A DNA stretch of 64,000 nucleotides from Candidatus Nanoperiomorbaceae bacterium (lineage in GTDB: Bacteria; Patescibacteriota; Saccharimonadia; Saccharimonadales; Saccharimonadaceae): assembly GCA_049297855.1 (NCBI GenBank), contig JBAQVB010000006.1, positions 1,958 through 65,957 on the forward strand, in the 5' to 3' direction. The notes beneath the pieces are model-generated. The model worked only from the letters and a program-made list of their open reading frames with translations, was not told the DNA's origin and did no database searches. Below, piece by piece: positions 9,869 through 20,400 of this stretch (position 1 is its first letter; each line of letters starts with the position of its first letter). A program made the translations under genes and the position numbers.

Positions 9869-10414
9869 ATGTCAAGAATCGGAAAACTACCGGTCGTAAT
9901 TCCGGCTGGTGTGACAATCACGGTTGATGATGATTTCATCACAGTCAAAGGGCCAAAAGGCGAATTGAAACAATTCACTTTGCCAGAAGTTAAAGTTAAG
10001 GTTGATGGATCGGAAGTTCAATTAACGGCCATCGACAACAGCAAGATCGCCAACAGCCGTCACGGCCTGATGCGCGCGCTGATCCAAAATATGGTGATTG
10101 GCGTGAGTCAAGGTTTCGCGAAAAAGCTCGAAATTAATGGTGTCGGTTTTCGACTCCAGAGCAAAGGTCCGCAGGAAATCGAAATGGCGCTCGGGTTTAG
10201 TCATCCGGTTGATTACAAAGCGCCCGACGGTGTTAACCTAGACGTTGATACCAAAGGTCACATGTGGATCACGGTTAGCGGCGCCAGTAAACAACAGGTT
10301 GGCCAAGTTGCGGCGGAAATTCGCGCGCTCAAAGCGCCGGAACCCTACAAAGGAAAAGGCATTAAATACGCCGACGAAACGATTCTTCGTAAGGCGGGAA
10401 AGACAGGTAAATAA
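9869..10414 (+). CDS. rplF: 50S ribosomal protein L6
   Basis: 181 aa. MSRIGKLPVVIP start. SD-like AAAGGAAAGGA upstream. Confidence 0.96.
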   Translation: MSRIGKLPVVIPAGVTITVDDDFITVKGPKGELKQFTLPEVKVKVDGSEVQLTAIDNSKIANSRHGLMRALIQNMVIGVSQGFAKKLEINGVGFRLQSKGPQEIEMALGFSHPVDYKAPDGVNLDVDTKGHMWITVSGASKQQVGQVAAEIRALKAPEPYKGKGIKYADETILRKAGKTGK

Positions 10415-10755
10415 TGGCTAATTTGAGTAATTTACAGTTGCGCAAAAATCGCGTACGTGCCAAAATTGGCGGAACCGCTGAGCGGCCACGCCTAACGGTC
10501 ACCATTTCCAACGCCAACGTATCGGCGCAGTTAATCGATGACGTCGCGGGACAAACCCTGGCGGCGGCCACCACGGTTGGCCAGAAAATTGACGGCTCGT
10601 TATCCGATAAAGCCGCTCAAATTGGCGCGCAAATCGCCACCGTGGCTAAAAAAGCCAAAATCAGCAAAGTCGTTTTTGATCGAAACGGCCGCGCCTACGC
10701 CAAACGCTTACATGCTTTGGCTGAAGCCGCGCGTAAAGGAGGATTGGAGTTTTAA
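10414..10755 (+). CDS. rplR: 50S ribosomal protein L18
   Basis: 113 aa. Contains RPRLTV...S..N..AQLIDD and ends ...GGLEF. Confidence 0.93.
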   Translation: MANLSNLQLRKNRVRAKIGGTAERPRLTVTISNANVSAQLIDDVAGQTLAAATTVGQKIDGSLSDKAAQIGAQIATVAKKAKISKVVFDRNGRAYAKRLHALAEAARKGGLEF

Positions 10756-10757
10756 TT

Positions 10758-11465
10758 ATGGCAGAAGAAAATACGAAGACAACAAAGCCGGTTGAGACCG
10801 CGGCGGTGGCGCAAGCCAATCGTAATGGTGAAGCGGCGACTAATAAATTCAGTCGCGCCAAGAATTTTTCCTCGGATAATTTTACGGGTGGTCGACGCAA
10901 TGATCGTGGTCGCGGTAATCGTCGTGACGGTCGTGGACGTGGTCGGCGAGACAACAAACCGGTTGACAAAACTTTCGAGGATCAGACAATTTCCATTGAT
11001 CGCGTATCACGCACGGTGGCCGGTGGCCGGCGCCTGCGTTTTAAGGCGTTGGTCGTGGTTGGTGATAGAAAGAACCGCGTTGGCGTCGGTGTGGCGAAAG
11101 GCAATGACGTCCAATCGGCGATCGAAAAAGCCACAACTAAGGCTAAAAAATATTTGATCACGTTCCCGATGAACACCAAGGGCGCGACCATTCCGCACGA
11201 AGTTGAAATCAAACACGGTGGTGCGCACGTGCTGCTGAAACCGGCGGCACCGGGCACGGGTCTGATTGCGGGTGGCGTGGTGCGCTCAATTTTGGGCGTC
11301 ACCGGCATCACTAATATCATCAGTAAATCACTCGGCTCGGCTAACAAAGTTAACATCGCCTACGCGACGATTGACGCTTTGCGCACACTGCAACCGCGCG
11401 ACCATTGGGTGACCACCAAAGAGGCCGCTGCTCCCGCCACGAAAGGCACGAAAGGAGATAAATAA
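10758..11465 (+). CDS. rpsE: 30S ribosomal protein S5 with about 70-aa RG-rich N-terminal extension
   Basis: 235 aa. Core [25 protein letters not shown]-terminus is rich in RGRG/RRD repeats. Confidence 0.94.
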   Translation: MAEENTKTTKPVETAAVAQANRNGEAATNKFSRAKNFSSDNFTGGRRNDRGRGNRRDGRGRGRRDNKPVDKTFEDQTISIDRVSRTVAGGRRLRFKALVVVGDRKNRVGVGVAKGNDVQSAIEKATTKAKKYLITFPMNTKGATIPHEVEIKHGGAHVLLKPAAPGTGLIAGGVVRSILGVTGITNIISKSLGSANKVNIAYATIDALRTLQPRDHWVTTKEAAAPATKGTKGDK

Positions 11466-11977
11466 TGAAATACAACGAATTAAAAGTCGTCGCAAAAACT
11501 GATCGCAAGCGCGTCGGTCGCGGCATCTCGAGTGGCTACGGTAAAACCGCCGGTCGTGGTACCAAGGGCCAAAACGCCCGCACGGGACACAAATTGCGCC
11601 TAACTTTCACGGGTAACACCGGCCGTAGCGGAGCTAGCTATGTGGCTAATTTGCCAAAATTACGTGGCTTCAAGAGTAAACGCGCACCCGCTCAAGTGGT
11701 CTATGCCGACGCCTTAAACCGATTTGCGAAACAATCCGTGAGTAATCAGTCGCTGTTCGAGGCTGGATTGATAGCCACGCCACATCAAACCGTTAAAGTC
11801 ATCGCTGCAAAATCAGGCGATCCAACAACTTTTGCCGGTAAATTGAACGTATCCGGTGCTAGCGCTTCCGTGGTGGCCGCCATTACGAAAAATGGTGGTG
11901 AATTCACGAAAACTGCGGTGCCTTTACCGAAGGCGTCAGCGACGACTGAAGCTGAAACTAACACCGCAACCGACTAA
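11465..11977 (+). CDS. rplO: 50S ribosomal protein L15
   Basis: 170 aa. [21 protein letters not shown] motif. Directly abuts rpsE, leaving no room for rpmD/L30. Confidence 0.94.
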   Translation: MKYNELKVVAKTDRKRVGRGISSGYGKTAGRGTKGQNARTGHKLRLTFTGNTGRSGASYVANLPKLRGFKSKRAPAQVVYADALNRFAKQSVSNQSLFEAGLIATPHQTVKVIAAKSGDPTTFAGKLNVSGASASVVAAITKNGGEFTKTAVPLPKASATTEAETNTATD

Positions 11978-12000
11978 TCGTAGCCGTTCGCGCTCGTTCG

Positions 12001-12034
12001 CCACCAGCCATCGACGCATTGCCGGTGGTTTTTT
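12001..12034 (+). terminator. Rho-independent terminator after rplO
   Basis: Stem CCACC(A)GC / GC(C)GGTGG with one mismatch and a 12-nt loop, followed by TTTTTT. Confidence 0.65.
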
Positions 12035-12088
12035 GTCGTGACGGTGGATAACTATGACCATCCGTTGCTGGTGAATAATTCACGCTTG

Positions 12089-12097
12089 TGGTAGAAT
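12089..12097 (+). promoter_or_regulatory. Extended -10 (TGgTAGAAT) 7 nt upstream of ATG 12105
   Basis: Sequence motif only. It overlaps the first ATG (12096), which argues that 12105 is a leaderless start. Confidence 0.4.
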
Positions 12098-13673
12098 GAG
12101 TTACATGGATGACCACGATCGAGACGTTAAGCGCATGGATCCTAATGAGCCGGTTTTATTTCGCTTACGTGATTTTTATGTTAAGTTTCATCGCCAAATT
12201 ATTATTTTGGCCATTCTTTTGCAAATTTTTACCATCGGTATTCTACTGGCACTATTTGTGACGTTAATTACTAAACAGCCGACGTGGGAAATTATGTTAA
12301 TAATAGCGGGTGTCGCCACTGTGATTGAGCTCGTCGGTGGTTTTTTGCTGATCGGTTTTACGATGCGACCGCTCAAAATTGTTAGTCGACTCATTGATCA
12401 CAAATTGGATGACAACACAGAGCCCTTAAACCTCAACGAAGCCGTGTTTCATGATTTTGGCATGTCGCCTTTTACCGACAGTGTAAAACACGCTTTGGCC
12501 GGGTCAACCACCAGAGCAACCGTAAAAGCGCAGCTAAATTCTGGCATATTCGATAAAACCTCTTTAAATTTTCTCAACCGTTTGCCAATCGGGCTGATTG
12601 CGTTGAACGCGAATGGCGTCTTGGTGTTCGCCAATGCGCTGGCGCCACTAGTGCAGGGTGAGATAGAACTTGATTTTACGGGTTTCGAAGAAACCTTGTC
12701 ATCGTTTTTGATTGCCGCAAAACAGAACGCGATTTCACGACAAAAATCCTGGCTACGCGTTCAGAATCATCCCCGAAAAAATGACGAAGCGGATAGCGAT
12801 CGTCGGATTTACGATGTGATAGCCAGTTATGACCGCGACGCGCCAGGTGATGCGGAAACCGTTATTGTCACGATTGATCAAACCGATAGCTATCGTGATG
12901 ATGAAACCGGGATGGATTTTGTTGCCCTGGCGGCGCACGAGTTGCGCAGTCCGATCACGCTGATTCGCGGTTATCTGGAGATTTTGGGCGATCAGTTGCC
13001 ACACTTAACCGACCAACAGCAAAAAATCATGGATTCACTGAATGTCAGCGCTCACCGCTTATCGAGTTACGTTTCAAATGTTTTGAACGTTAGCCATTTC
13101 GATCATCGTCATTTGCAACTTGAACTCAAAGAAGTTAGCGTTGATACTATCATCAGCGATATCCGCTCTGACATGGAATTACGCGCCCGCACGGTTGGGC
13201 GAAAACTTATTTTCAATATCCCAAATGATCTGCCGACGGTCGCAGCCGACCGTTCGTCGATTTCCGAAGTCGTGTCTAATCTGATAGATAATGCTGTTAA
13301 ATATTCACATGACGGCGGATTGGTAGAAGTTTCGGCCAAAACAGCGGGCGATTTCGTTGATATTGCAGTGGCCGATCAGGGCATCGGTATTCCGGGCAAT
13401 GTAGCGGAGCATTTGTTTGACAAATTTTACAGATCGCACAAGAGCTCCAGTGTGGTTGGTGGCACCGGTCTCGGCCTCTATATTTCGCGCGCCATCGTCG
13501 AGAGTCACGGCGGTCATATCTCGGTGGAATCGGTCGAGGATAAAGGGTCGATCTTTACGTTTAGCTTGCCGATTTTTGCGAGCGTCGCAGATAAAATCGC
13601 TAGCGGTAACAACGTTGAACTAATTCGCGACAACGAACCGCGCATCAATAATCACGGTTTCACCGAATCATAA
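12096..13673 (+). CDS. Membrane sensor histidine kinase (2 TM, HisKA + HATPase_c)
   Basis: 525 aa. H-box AAHELRSPITLIRGY, N-box and G-boxes (DQGIGIP, GGTGLGLYISR). The real start may be ATG 12105. Confidence 0.9.
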   Translation: MSYMDDHDRDVKRMDPNEPVLFRLRDFYVKFHRQIIILAILLQIFTIGILLALFVTLITKQPTWEIMLIIAGVATVIELVGGFLLIGFTMRPLKIVSRLIDHKLDDNTEPLNLNEAVFHDFGMSPFTDSVKHALAGSTTRATVKAQLNSGIFDKTSLNFLNRLPIGLIALNANGVLVFANALAPLVQGEIELDFTGFEETLSSFLIAAKQNAISRQKSWLRVQNHPRKNDEADSDRRIYDVIASYDRDAPGDAETVIVTIDQTDSYRDDETGMDFVALAAHELRSPITLIRGYLEILGDQLPHLTDQQQKIMDSLNVSAHRLSSYVSNVLNVSHFDHRHLQLELKEVSVDTIISDIRSDMELRARTVGRKLIFNIPNDLPTVAADRSSISEVVSNLIDNAVKYSHDGGLVEVSAKTAGDFVDIAVADQGIGIPGNVAEHLFDKFYRSHKSSSVVGGTGLGLYISRAIVESHGGHISVESVEDKGSIFTFSLPIFASVADKIASGNNVELIRDNEPRINNHGFTES

Positions 13674-13702
13674 ACCGGTGATTTGGCGATTGAAGGCTAA
13701 TT

Positions 13703-13711
13703 TGATAAAAT
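13703..13711 (+). promoter_or_regulatory. Extended -10 (TGaTAAAAT) upstream of tRNA-Glu
   Basis: Motif ends 11 nt before the tRNA 5' end. Confidence 0.4.
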
Positions 13712-13722
13712 ATATCCGTTAT

Positions 13723-13797
13723 GGTTCGATCGTCTAACGGTTAGGACATCAGGTTCTCATCCTGACAATCCGGGTTCGATTCCCGGTCGGATCACCA
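13723..13797 (+). tRNA. tRNA-Glu (anticodon CUC), CCA encoded
   Basis: Manual fold. Acceptor GGTTCGA/TCGGATC, anticodon stem TCAGG/CCTGA with loop TTCTCAT, T-arm CCGGG-TTCGATT-CCCGG, discriminator A then CCA. TCGTCTAACGG D-region is typical of tRNA-Glu. Confidence 0.88.
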
Positions 13798-14103
13798 GAA
13801 TTTTGTCAAATCATTTGCCGTTGAATTAGATGCGTCTAAAGAATTTATCGAAAAATATCAGTTCAGCCGCGACAAAACCGGTAGAGAATTAGCATCGCAA
13901 CGGCTTAATTGTGGCGACATTGGATGGCATTGGTTTGGTTTGATTTTTTACGTGTGTTTTTTATTGTAATGTACGCGACTGCACGATATCATCAGGCGTG
14001 GATCAGTTGTTTTCATACTTTACCAGCGAAATCACCAGTTCGGTGCAATTTGGCACTTTTTATTTTGGGCTGATTCTGTTAAAATGTCTATGGTAAAGGA
14101 TAT

Positions 14104-15369
14104 TTGGTGGGATTTTTAGATCATTTGGTGAACAAAAAAGCATATAACGCGCGAACGTCGCAGCTGTCGACTGAGCGCGGTGATTTAGCTGACGCCGTTA
14201 TTCATGAAATTAGCGAAGGCGTAGTCGTGACGGACGATAAAGGGATTATTTCCTTGTTTAATTCGGGCGCGGCGACGCTGACTGGTTGGAAAACGGATGA
14301 GGTAATTAATTTGGATTACAGAACGGTTTTTAAGTTGTTTGATAAAACGAAGCACCCACTAGCGGATGCGGCCAATCCGATTATCGAATCGCAACGCTCC
14401 CAGGCGCCAGCCTCCAACAATGATTGTTATCTCGAAACCAGGTCTGGCAACCAGCTTTTAATTTCCATGAGCGCGATGCCGTTGTTAAAATCCGTGCGCG
14501 ATAAGTTAAGCAAGCAAGACGTTGTTCAGATGAGTAATCTAGTAATCACGTTTCGTGATGTGACAGCGGAACGCGCCGACCAAAATCAACAAACCGAATT
14601 CATTTCCACCGCCAGTCACGAGATGCGCACACCGGTAGCAATTATTGAAGGATACCTGGCGATGCTACTTAATCCGACGACATCAACGGTCGATGCGCGC
14701 GGTTTAGGCTACGCGAAAAAGGCTCATGAGGCGGCACAACATCTGGGTCGTTTGTTCCAGGATTTGTTGGACGTGACCAAGGCGGATGATCATCGTACGC
14801 TCACTAACATGATTTTAGTAAACGCCGGCGATGCAGCTAAACAAGTGGTGCAAGAGTTTCAACCGATGGCTGCACGCAAGTCGCTGCGCCTAACTTACGA
14901 TCAGAACGACGGTATCAGCGTCGATCATGGTGACAGAGTAATCGTGCCACTTTACGTCATCTATGTTGATTACGATCAGCTCAAGGAAATTTTGGGTAAT
15001 TTAGTGGAAAACGCTCTTAAGTATACCAAAATGGGTGGTGTGACGGTTGGGGTGCGAGATGATGCGGGCCGGGTGCGCTTTGAGGTGCGTGACACTGGTA
15101 TCGGCATCCCGCCAGAGGATTTGCCGCATCTGTTTCAGAAGTTTTACCGCGTCGATAATTCGGACACACGCGAAATCGGTGGCACTGGGCTAGGATTATA
15201 TTTGATCAAGAAACTGGCGAACAATATGGGTGGAGAAGTTGGGGTAGAGAGTCATTACGGTCGCGGTTCAACTTTTTGGGTGGAATTCGATAATTTGACG
15301 CGTGACGAAGCTATTCAAAAGGCTCGAATTATTAATCAACGAAATAAAACGGCGGCCACCCACCAATGA
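14104..15369 (+). CDS. Cytoplasmic PAS-domain sensor histidine kinase
   Basis: 421 aa with no TM segment. PAS-like N-terminus (ISEGVVVTDDKGIISLFNSGAATLTGW), H-box ASHEMRTPVAIIEGY and HATPase motifs. Non-ATG start (TTG 14104 or GTG 14107), so the start is uncertain. Confidence 0.88.
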   Translation: MVGFLDHLVNKKAYNARTSQLSTERGDLADAVIHEISEGVVVTDDKGIISLFNSGAATLTGWKTDEVINLDYRTVFKLFDKTKHPLADAANPIIESQRSQAPASNNDCYLETRSGNQLLISMSAMPLLKSVRDKLSKQDVVQMSNLVITFRDVTAERADQNQQTEFISTASHEMRTPVAIIEGYLAMLLNPTTSTVDARGLGYAKKAHEAAQHLGRLFQDLLDVTKADDHRTLTNMILVNAGDAAKQVVQEFQPMAARKSLRLTYDQNDGISVDHGDRVIVPLYVIYVDYDQLKEILGNLVENALKYTKMGGVTVGVRDDAGRVRFEVRDTGIGIPPEDLPHLFQKFYRVDNSDTREIGGTGLGLYLIKKLANNMGGEVGVESHYGRGSTFWVEFDNLTRDEAIQKARIINQRNKTAATHQ

Positions 15370-15441
15370 TCGTTGGTTGCATAAAATAAGCATGGGTGCT
15401 ATGATTGGTTAAATCATAAATAATGAAAGGGACGGGCGAGC

Positions 15442-16611
15442 ATGAGTACAATTCTGTTGGTAGAAGACGATAAGTCATTACGCGAAATCTATGGCTTACG
15501 CATGCAAGCCGAAGGTTATCAGGTTGTTGAAGCGTCCGATGGCGAAGAAGGGTTAGCGCAGGCGGTAGCCAACGCGCCGGATTTAATTGTCAGTGACGCC
15601 ATGATGCCAAAAATCAGCGGTTTTGAAATGCTCGACCTTCTGAAGAGTAACGACAAAACGAAAAACATTAAGGTTATTATTATGACGGCGCTATCGTCCG
15701 ACACGCAGCGACAACGCGGTGAAGGGCTCGGCGCCGATCGTTATCTGGTCAAGAGCCAGGTCGGCATCGAGGATCTCATTAACGTAATCCATAGCGTGTT
15801 AGCCGATCGTCCAAGCAAAGCGGTATCACCAGTAGAAACGTCGTCAGGTATGACTCCAACGGTGATGCCACCGACGGATCCAATCCCGAACTCGGTACCG
15901 GATTCGATTCCTGCCGCCGTCGTGGCGGCTCCGGCCAATGTTTTTGTGCCGACTGGTAAAACGTCCAATATTCCATCAACGCCGATGGACGTACCGACCG
16001 TCATTAATCCGATCAATTCCGCTGCCATCACTCAGGCTGCTCCCGAAACTCCGAACATCACAGCGTCACCATTTACGCCTATTGATCCGGTGGCGCGTTT
16101 AGCGTCGACCGCGCCGACATCGTCGTCTCTGAGCGCGTCGGCGCAACCGGTTTTTCGACCAGCGCCCAGTTCTCAACAGCCGTCGACATCAATGCCACAG
16201 TCGCAGCCACAACCAACAGCTACGCAATCGGCTTTTGTTGGGCAAAATCCGAGTTTAACTCAACCCGCCCCAGATGATGATCAGGACACATCGGCTGCCA
16301 ACGAGCAATTAGCCACCACAGAGCCACACGTTCTCAATGGTTTAGGTGGTATGGGTCGTGTAATTCAACCTCCCACACCAACCGAAACTTTGCATCCGCA
16401 AGTCGATATTAACGACTTGTTAGACCAAGATGCGGCCGCTAATTTGGGCCTCAGCTCATCAAATCCGACGCAAGCTCAAGCTCCATCATCCATGTCACCG
16501 AGCGCTGACGCGCCTCTGGACGAAGTGTCCGTTCAGTCCCAACTGGATGACGCTAACGCTCAGCTGCCGACTGCTTCGTCAAACACTACGCTTAAATTTA
16601 ATGAGAATTAA
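15442..16611 (+). CDS. Response-regulator receiver domain fused to a ~270-aa Pro/Ser/Thr/Gln-rich low-complexity tail
   Basis: 389 aa. N-terminal 120 aa are CheY-like (ILLVEDD..., DLIVSDAMMPKISGFE, IIMTALS). The rest has no recognisable output domain. Confidence 0.85.
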   Translation: MSTILLVEDDKSLREIYGLRMQAEGYQVVEASDGEEGLAQAVANAPDLIVSDAMMPKISGFEMLDLLKSNDKTKNIKVIIMTALSSDTQRQRGEGLGADRYLVKSQVGIEDLINVIHSVLADRPSKAVSPVETSSGMTPTVMPPTDPIPNSVPDSIPAAVVAAPANVFVPTGKTSNIPSTPMDVPTVINPINSAAITQAAPETPNITASPFTPIDPVARLASTAPTSSSLSASAQPVFRPAPSSQQPSTSMPQSQPQPTATQSAFVGQNPSLTQPAPDDDQDTSAANEQLATTEPHVLNGLGGMGRVIQPPTPTETLHPQVDINDLLDQDAAANLGLSSSNPTQAQAPSSMSPSADAPLDEVSVQSQLDDANAQLPTASSNTTLKFNEN

Positions 16612-16617
16612 TTCGTC

Positions 16618-17379
16618 ATGCGATTAAACAAATTTATTGCCGGCGCTACCGGTTTGTCGCGACGTGAAGCCGATGATTTAATCGCGCGCGGTCGTGTGTC
16701 TGTTAACGATCAGCCGGCACGTCTGGGATTACGGCTACGTGATGACGACGTTGATGTCGTGCGGTTGGATAATCAAATTTTGCATTTGCCGCTACAGCAT
16801 ACTCTGATCATGATGAATAAACCGCGCGGCTATGTCAGTTCGCGTCGTGCTCAAGCGCAACATGCACACACGCTGTATGAATTATTGCCGGATCAATACG
16901 CTCGTCTCAAAACGATTGGGCGGCTCGATCGTGATTCGTCGGGGTTGATCTTATTAAATGATGACGGTGATTTGGCATTTCGGTTGACGCATCCCAAATT
17001 CGCCAAAAGCAAAACTTATTTGGTGCGACTCGATAAAGGTTTGACGCCAGACCAGCAACGACTGATTGCGGAGCGAGGTGTGGAATTACCGGACGGACCA
17101 TCGCGGCTGCAGCTCGTCCTAATTGATCAACGCTCAGAGCTGTCCGATCATGATTTCTCGGCACTCAAAACTGCGCAAAAAGTGGATTTCGGCGCGCGCG
17201 AAATCTGGCGCGTCCAGATGAGCGAAGGGCGCAATCGTCAGATTCGGCGAACCTTCTCAGCGCTCGGCTACAATGTGGAACGATTGCATCGTATCGAATT
17301 CGGCGAATACATGTTAGGGGATTTGGAATTCGGCGAAATTCGTGCCATTAAAGCAATTTCCACCGACGAAAAAAGATAG
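16618..17379 (+). CDS. Pseudouridine synthase, RsuA/RluB family (S4 domain + catalytic GRLDxxSxG)
   Basis: 253 aa. MRLNKFIA..GLSRREAD S4-like N-terminus and GRLDRDSSGLILL motif. Confidence 0.88.
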   Translation: MRLNKFIAGATGLSRREADDLIARGRVSVNDQPARLGLRLRDDDVDVVRLDNQILHLPLQHTLIMMNKPRGYVSSRRAQAQHAHTLYELLPDQYARLKTIGRLDRDSSGLILLNDDGDLAFRLTHPKFAKSKTYLVRLDKGLTPDQQRLIAERGVELPDGPSRLQLVLIDQRSELSDHDFSALKTAQKVDFGAREIWRVQMSEGRNRQIRRTFSALGYNVERLHRIEFGEYMLGDLEFGEIRAIKAISTDEKR

Positions 17380-17461
17380 TTGCACGAAATGGCATAAACG
17401 TGATAGAATCATAGAAGAACAAGAGAGGGCGTGTGGATGATGAATAATTACAATAAACGAG

Positions 17462-20400
17462 GTGACAATGAAGCGTAATTGGCAGCAACGAAACGATGGG
17501 CGAAAACACAATAATGGAAGTGTGCGACATAAAGTGATGTTACGCGCGAGCGCGACAGTGACGCGAATTATACAATTACTAAGCTCTGGTCGATCACGGA
17601 CTATGGTCGCGGTCGTGATCAGCGTCGCAGTTGTGACGGTGCTTGTTGCATTGAGTGCTGGCGGCGACACTAAAGTGTATGGGGCATCCGGTAGCGGTGG
17701 AACCACTATGACATGTTATGACTGGTGTGATACTAGCGCCGGTTATGGCGTATCAACTTTTTATATAGACCGTCCCTATCTGCTAGTCAATAACCCCAAC
17801 CCAGCTGGAGACAATAATATTTGTTGGTACGTCGATAAAACTACTGGGCGAACGTCTAATGATTGTATTGCGTCACCTGATAGTCCAAATAAAGGTAGTA
17901 ATTCCTGTTGGCAAATGTGGCAAACATGCTTCGGCTATACGCTAAAGGGAGTTGGAACAACCGCGTATAATGCTAATCTGGCAGAGGCAGAGAATTCGTG
18001 TCGAGCTGAAGGATCTAACGCTATTACATACGCTTATGTTATGAGCGTACATCCGGGTATTCCACCTGTACCGTGGCCATTCGCGGCTGGCAAAATTGAC
18101 GAGAGTCCGCCAGCTCCAAGCTGGGGTCAGACAGATCAATCAAATCAAGGTTTGGCTTGGTTTTGTAACTCCGTTGGTTCCAATGCATGGTCATCCGCTG
18201 GCAACATGCATGTTGATAACCATTACATTGGAGGTCGCAACTGGTCGTATTTGGATCGTCAAGGTAATCCGGCCAACGGCAACACTATGGTCTTTAGCCC
18301 TGGTCAGACTGCGGTTTGGTCCAGCCAAATTTGGACAAGTGCGGCTTTTCCAAATCACCGTGAAAATTGGTTCCAATGGTGGACGGATAAATCTGGAGAT
18401 TGGTCGGGTGATATCGCTTCAGGGATAGTCGACGACACTGGCACTAATGCAGGTAGCGGGATCGGCGTCTATCCGCCAGACGCAAATTCGGGACCGACTG
18501 GGTTCAGCTATGGTATCAGCAATAGTGATGCCGGTAAGACGCTTTGTAATCGCTTACGTTGGGGATGGACTGACAGCAACGGGAATTGGGCGAATCCAGA
18601 TAATTACAAAGCTTGTGTCCTGATTAATTACGCCACCTACGGCGGGAATAATCGTATTTCCACTCAAGTTACAGCCACGAATAAGACATCGAACGCAAAA
18701 ACCAGCACCAAATCGGTGGATAGCAATGGCACAAGAAGCGGATCGGATGAATGGGTGAACGCTTATCCTGGTGATAACGTCCAGTGGGACTACCTGACGA
18801 CGAATTGGGACACGCGATATCCAACGGCCTATGATTTTAGAACCGGTTTCTATAAAACTGATTGGTATCCTAGTGGCGGTTCGCGCGTATCGAACTTTAC
18901 CCGAAAATATGGTCAATTAGGAGCAGGGGCTAGCACGTCTTGGTCGGATTCATTTCAGATTATCCCAGCTTGGGGAGGCAAAAATATTGATGAGTATTCC
19001 TCATTCCACTGGGATCCGCATTGGGCTGATTCGGGATACACCGGTTTAACTGCCCGTGCCGGCTTCCATGTTCCGTATAATTATCAAATCAAAACCACCG
19101 GAACGGGCACGCTAACTACCAATACATCCGGACAATCAAGCTGTGATGATAACCACGTGACGGTCGGAACAAATTCATCGCTGAGTTGGACATTGAGTGC
19201 AAGTACTCCGGTTGCTGGCCACGCCGCTACAAATTCCAGGCCAGTTTCCTGGAAGGTAATAGACGGAGCCGGAAACCCAGTAGCTGTGACGGCAACCCGT
19301 GGCGGCACTGCGGTCTCCTCGCCAATGGTTTTTCAACCTATGGATAAGATCACGATTACGCTTAATTTGCCGGTTCAATCTGTGGCTGGCAATGTATTGG
19401 CATATCGCCTGATAGTTAACGACGGTGCATCAGGACCGTCTAGTACGTCCGTAGTGGAAACCGACTCAGACAACGTAATATCCAGCGTAAGTAACACGTC
19501 ATCTTGTGCTGAAAGTGCCAAATCACCATCGATTCAGGTCGACGGCGCGGATAGTCGGGCTAATAGGAACTTTACAGGCGCTAGCGGTTCGCACGTCGCA
19601 ACCAACGGATCCTGGTCGCAATATGGTCTCCTGGCCAACGGCAACATCAATAATTTCGGTTCGGCGGGATATGTTGATAACGGCGACAATAATTCGTGCA
19701 CGTTACGTTTCGCCAACGTTGGTAACAGTGGGGGTAGCAACTGCTCGAGAGCGTTTGGCTCGCCAGGGAATTTTGGCAATCCGTTTAAACGAAATTTGCC
19801 AATGGTCATCGGTTCGAACAGTAATAGCAGCGACATTTTCGCTGGAGCCTCGCCCCAAAGTTGGGATAGCAACGGCGGGCCCCTATGGTCAAGCTCGGGT
19901 TGCGTAACGCCGCACGCCGATCTAGGCTATCTCCAGGTACCGGGCGTCTATCGATACAGTGGGGGACTTCAGATTGCAGGTGGTAGCACTGGCTGTTCCG
20001 GTATGTTTGGCACTCGCACTTACACTGACCAGATGCATGGCAACTATATAATCTACGTGAATGGCGACGTGACCATAGCAGACAACATTAATCTAGAGTA
20101 TGGACTTTCACCTGGTTCCAAAGCCTATGGATCGCTTTCCAACATCCCGCAATTTACTATTTATGCCACAGGTAATATTAATATCAATTCCAACGTCGCC
20201 CGTATTGATGCCAACCTAGTGTCGCAAACTGGCACGGTCAACGATTGTGCTAATGGCCCTGCGGGATCGGGTGTGGGTGCAGATCCTAGTTATAGAGAAA
20301 ATGGTGCGTGCGGTAACCAATTAGTTGTTAACGGAGCAATTTCAACCAATACTACGCCGCGTTTGCGTCGTACTTATGGCGCGGAGTTAGCGACAGAACA

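Noticed and set aside
13799-13960. Coding-looking open frame just after tRNA-Glu (NFVKSFAVELDASKEFIEKYQFSRDKTGRELASQ...)
   Set aside because: It has no start codon or SD, it overlaps the tRNA 3' end, and it ends in a hydrophobic run. It could be a gene remnant, but I cannot support any call.
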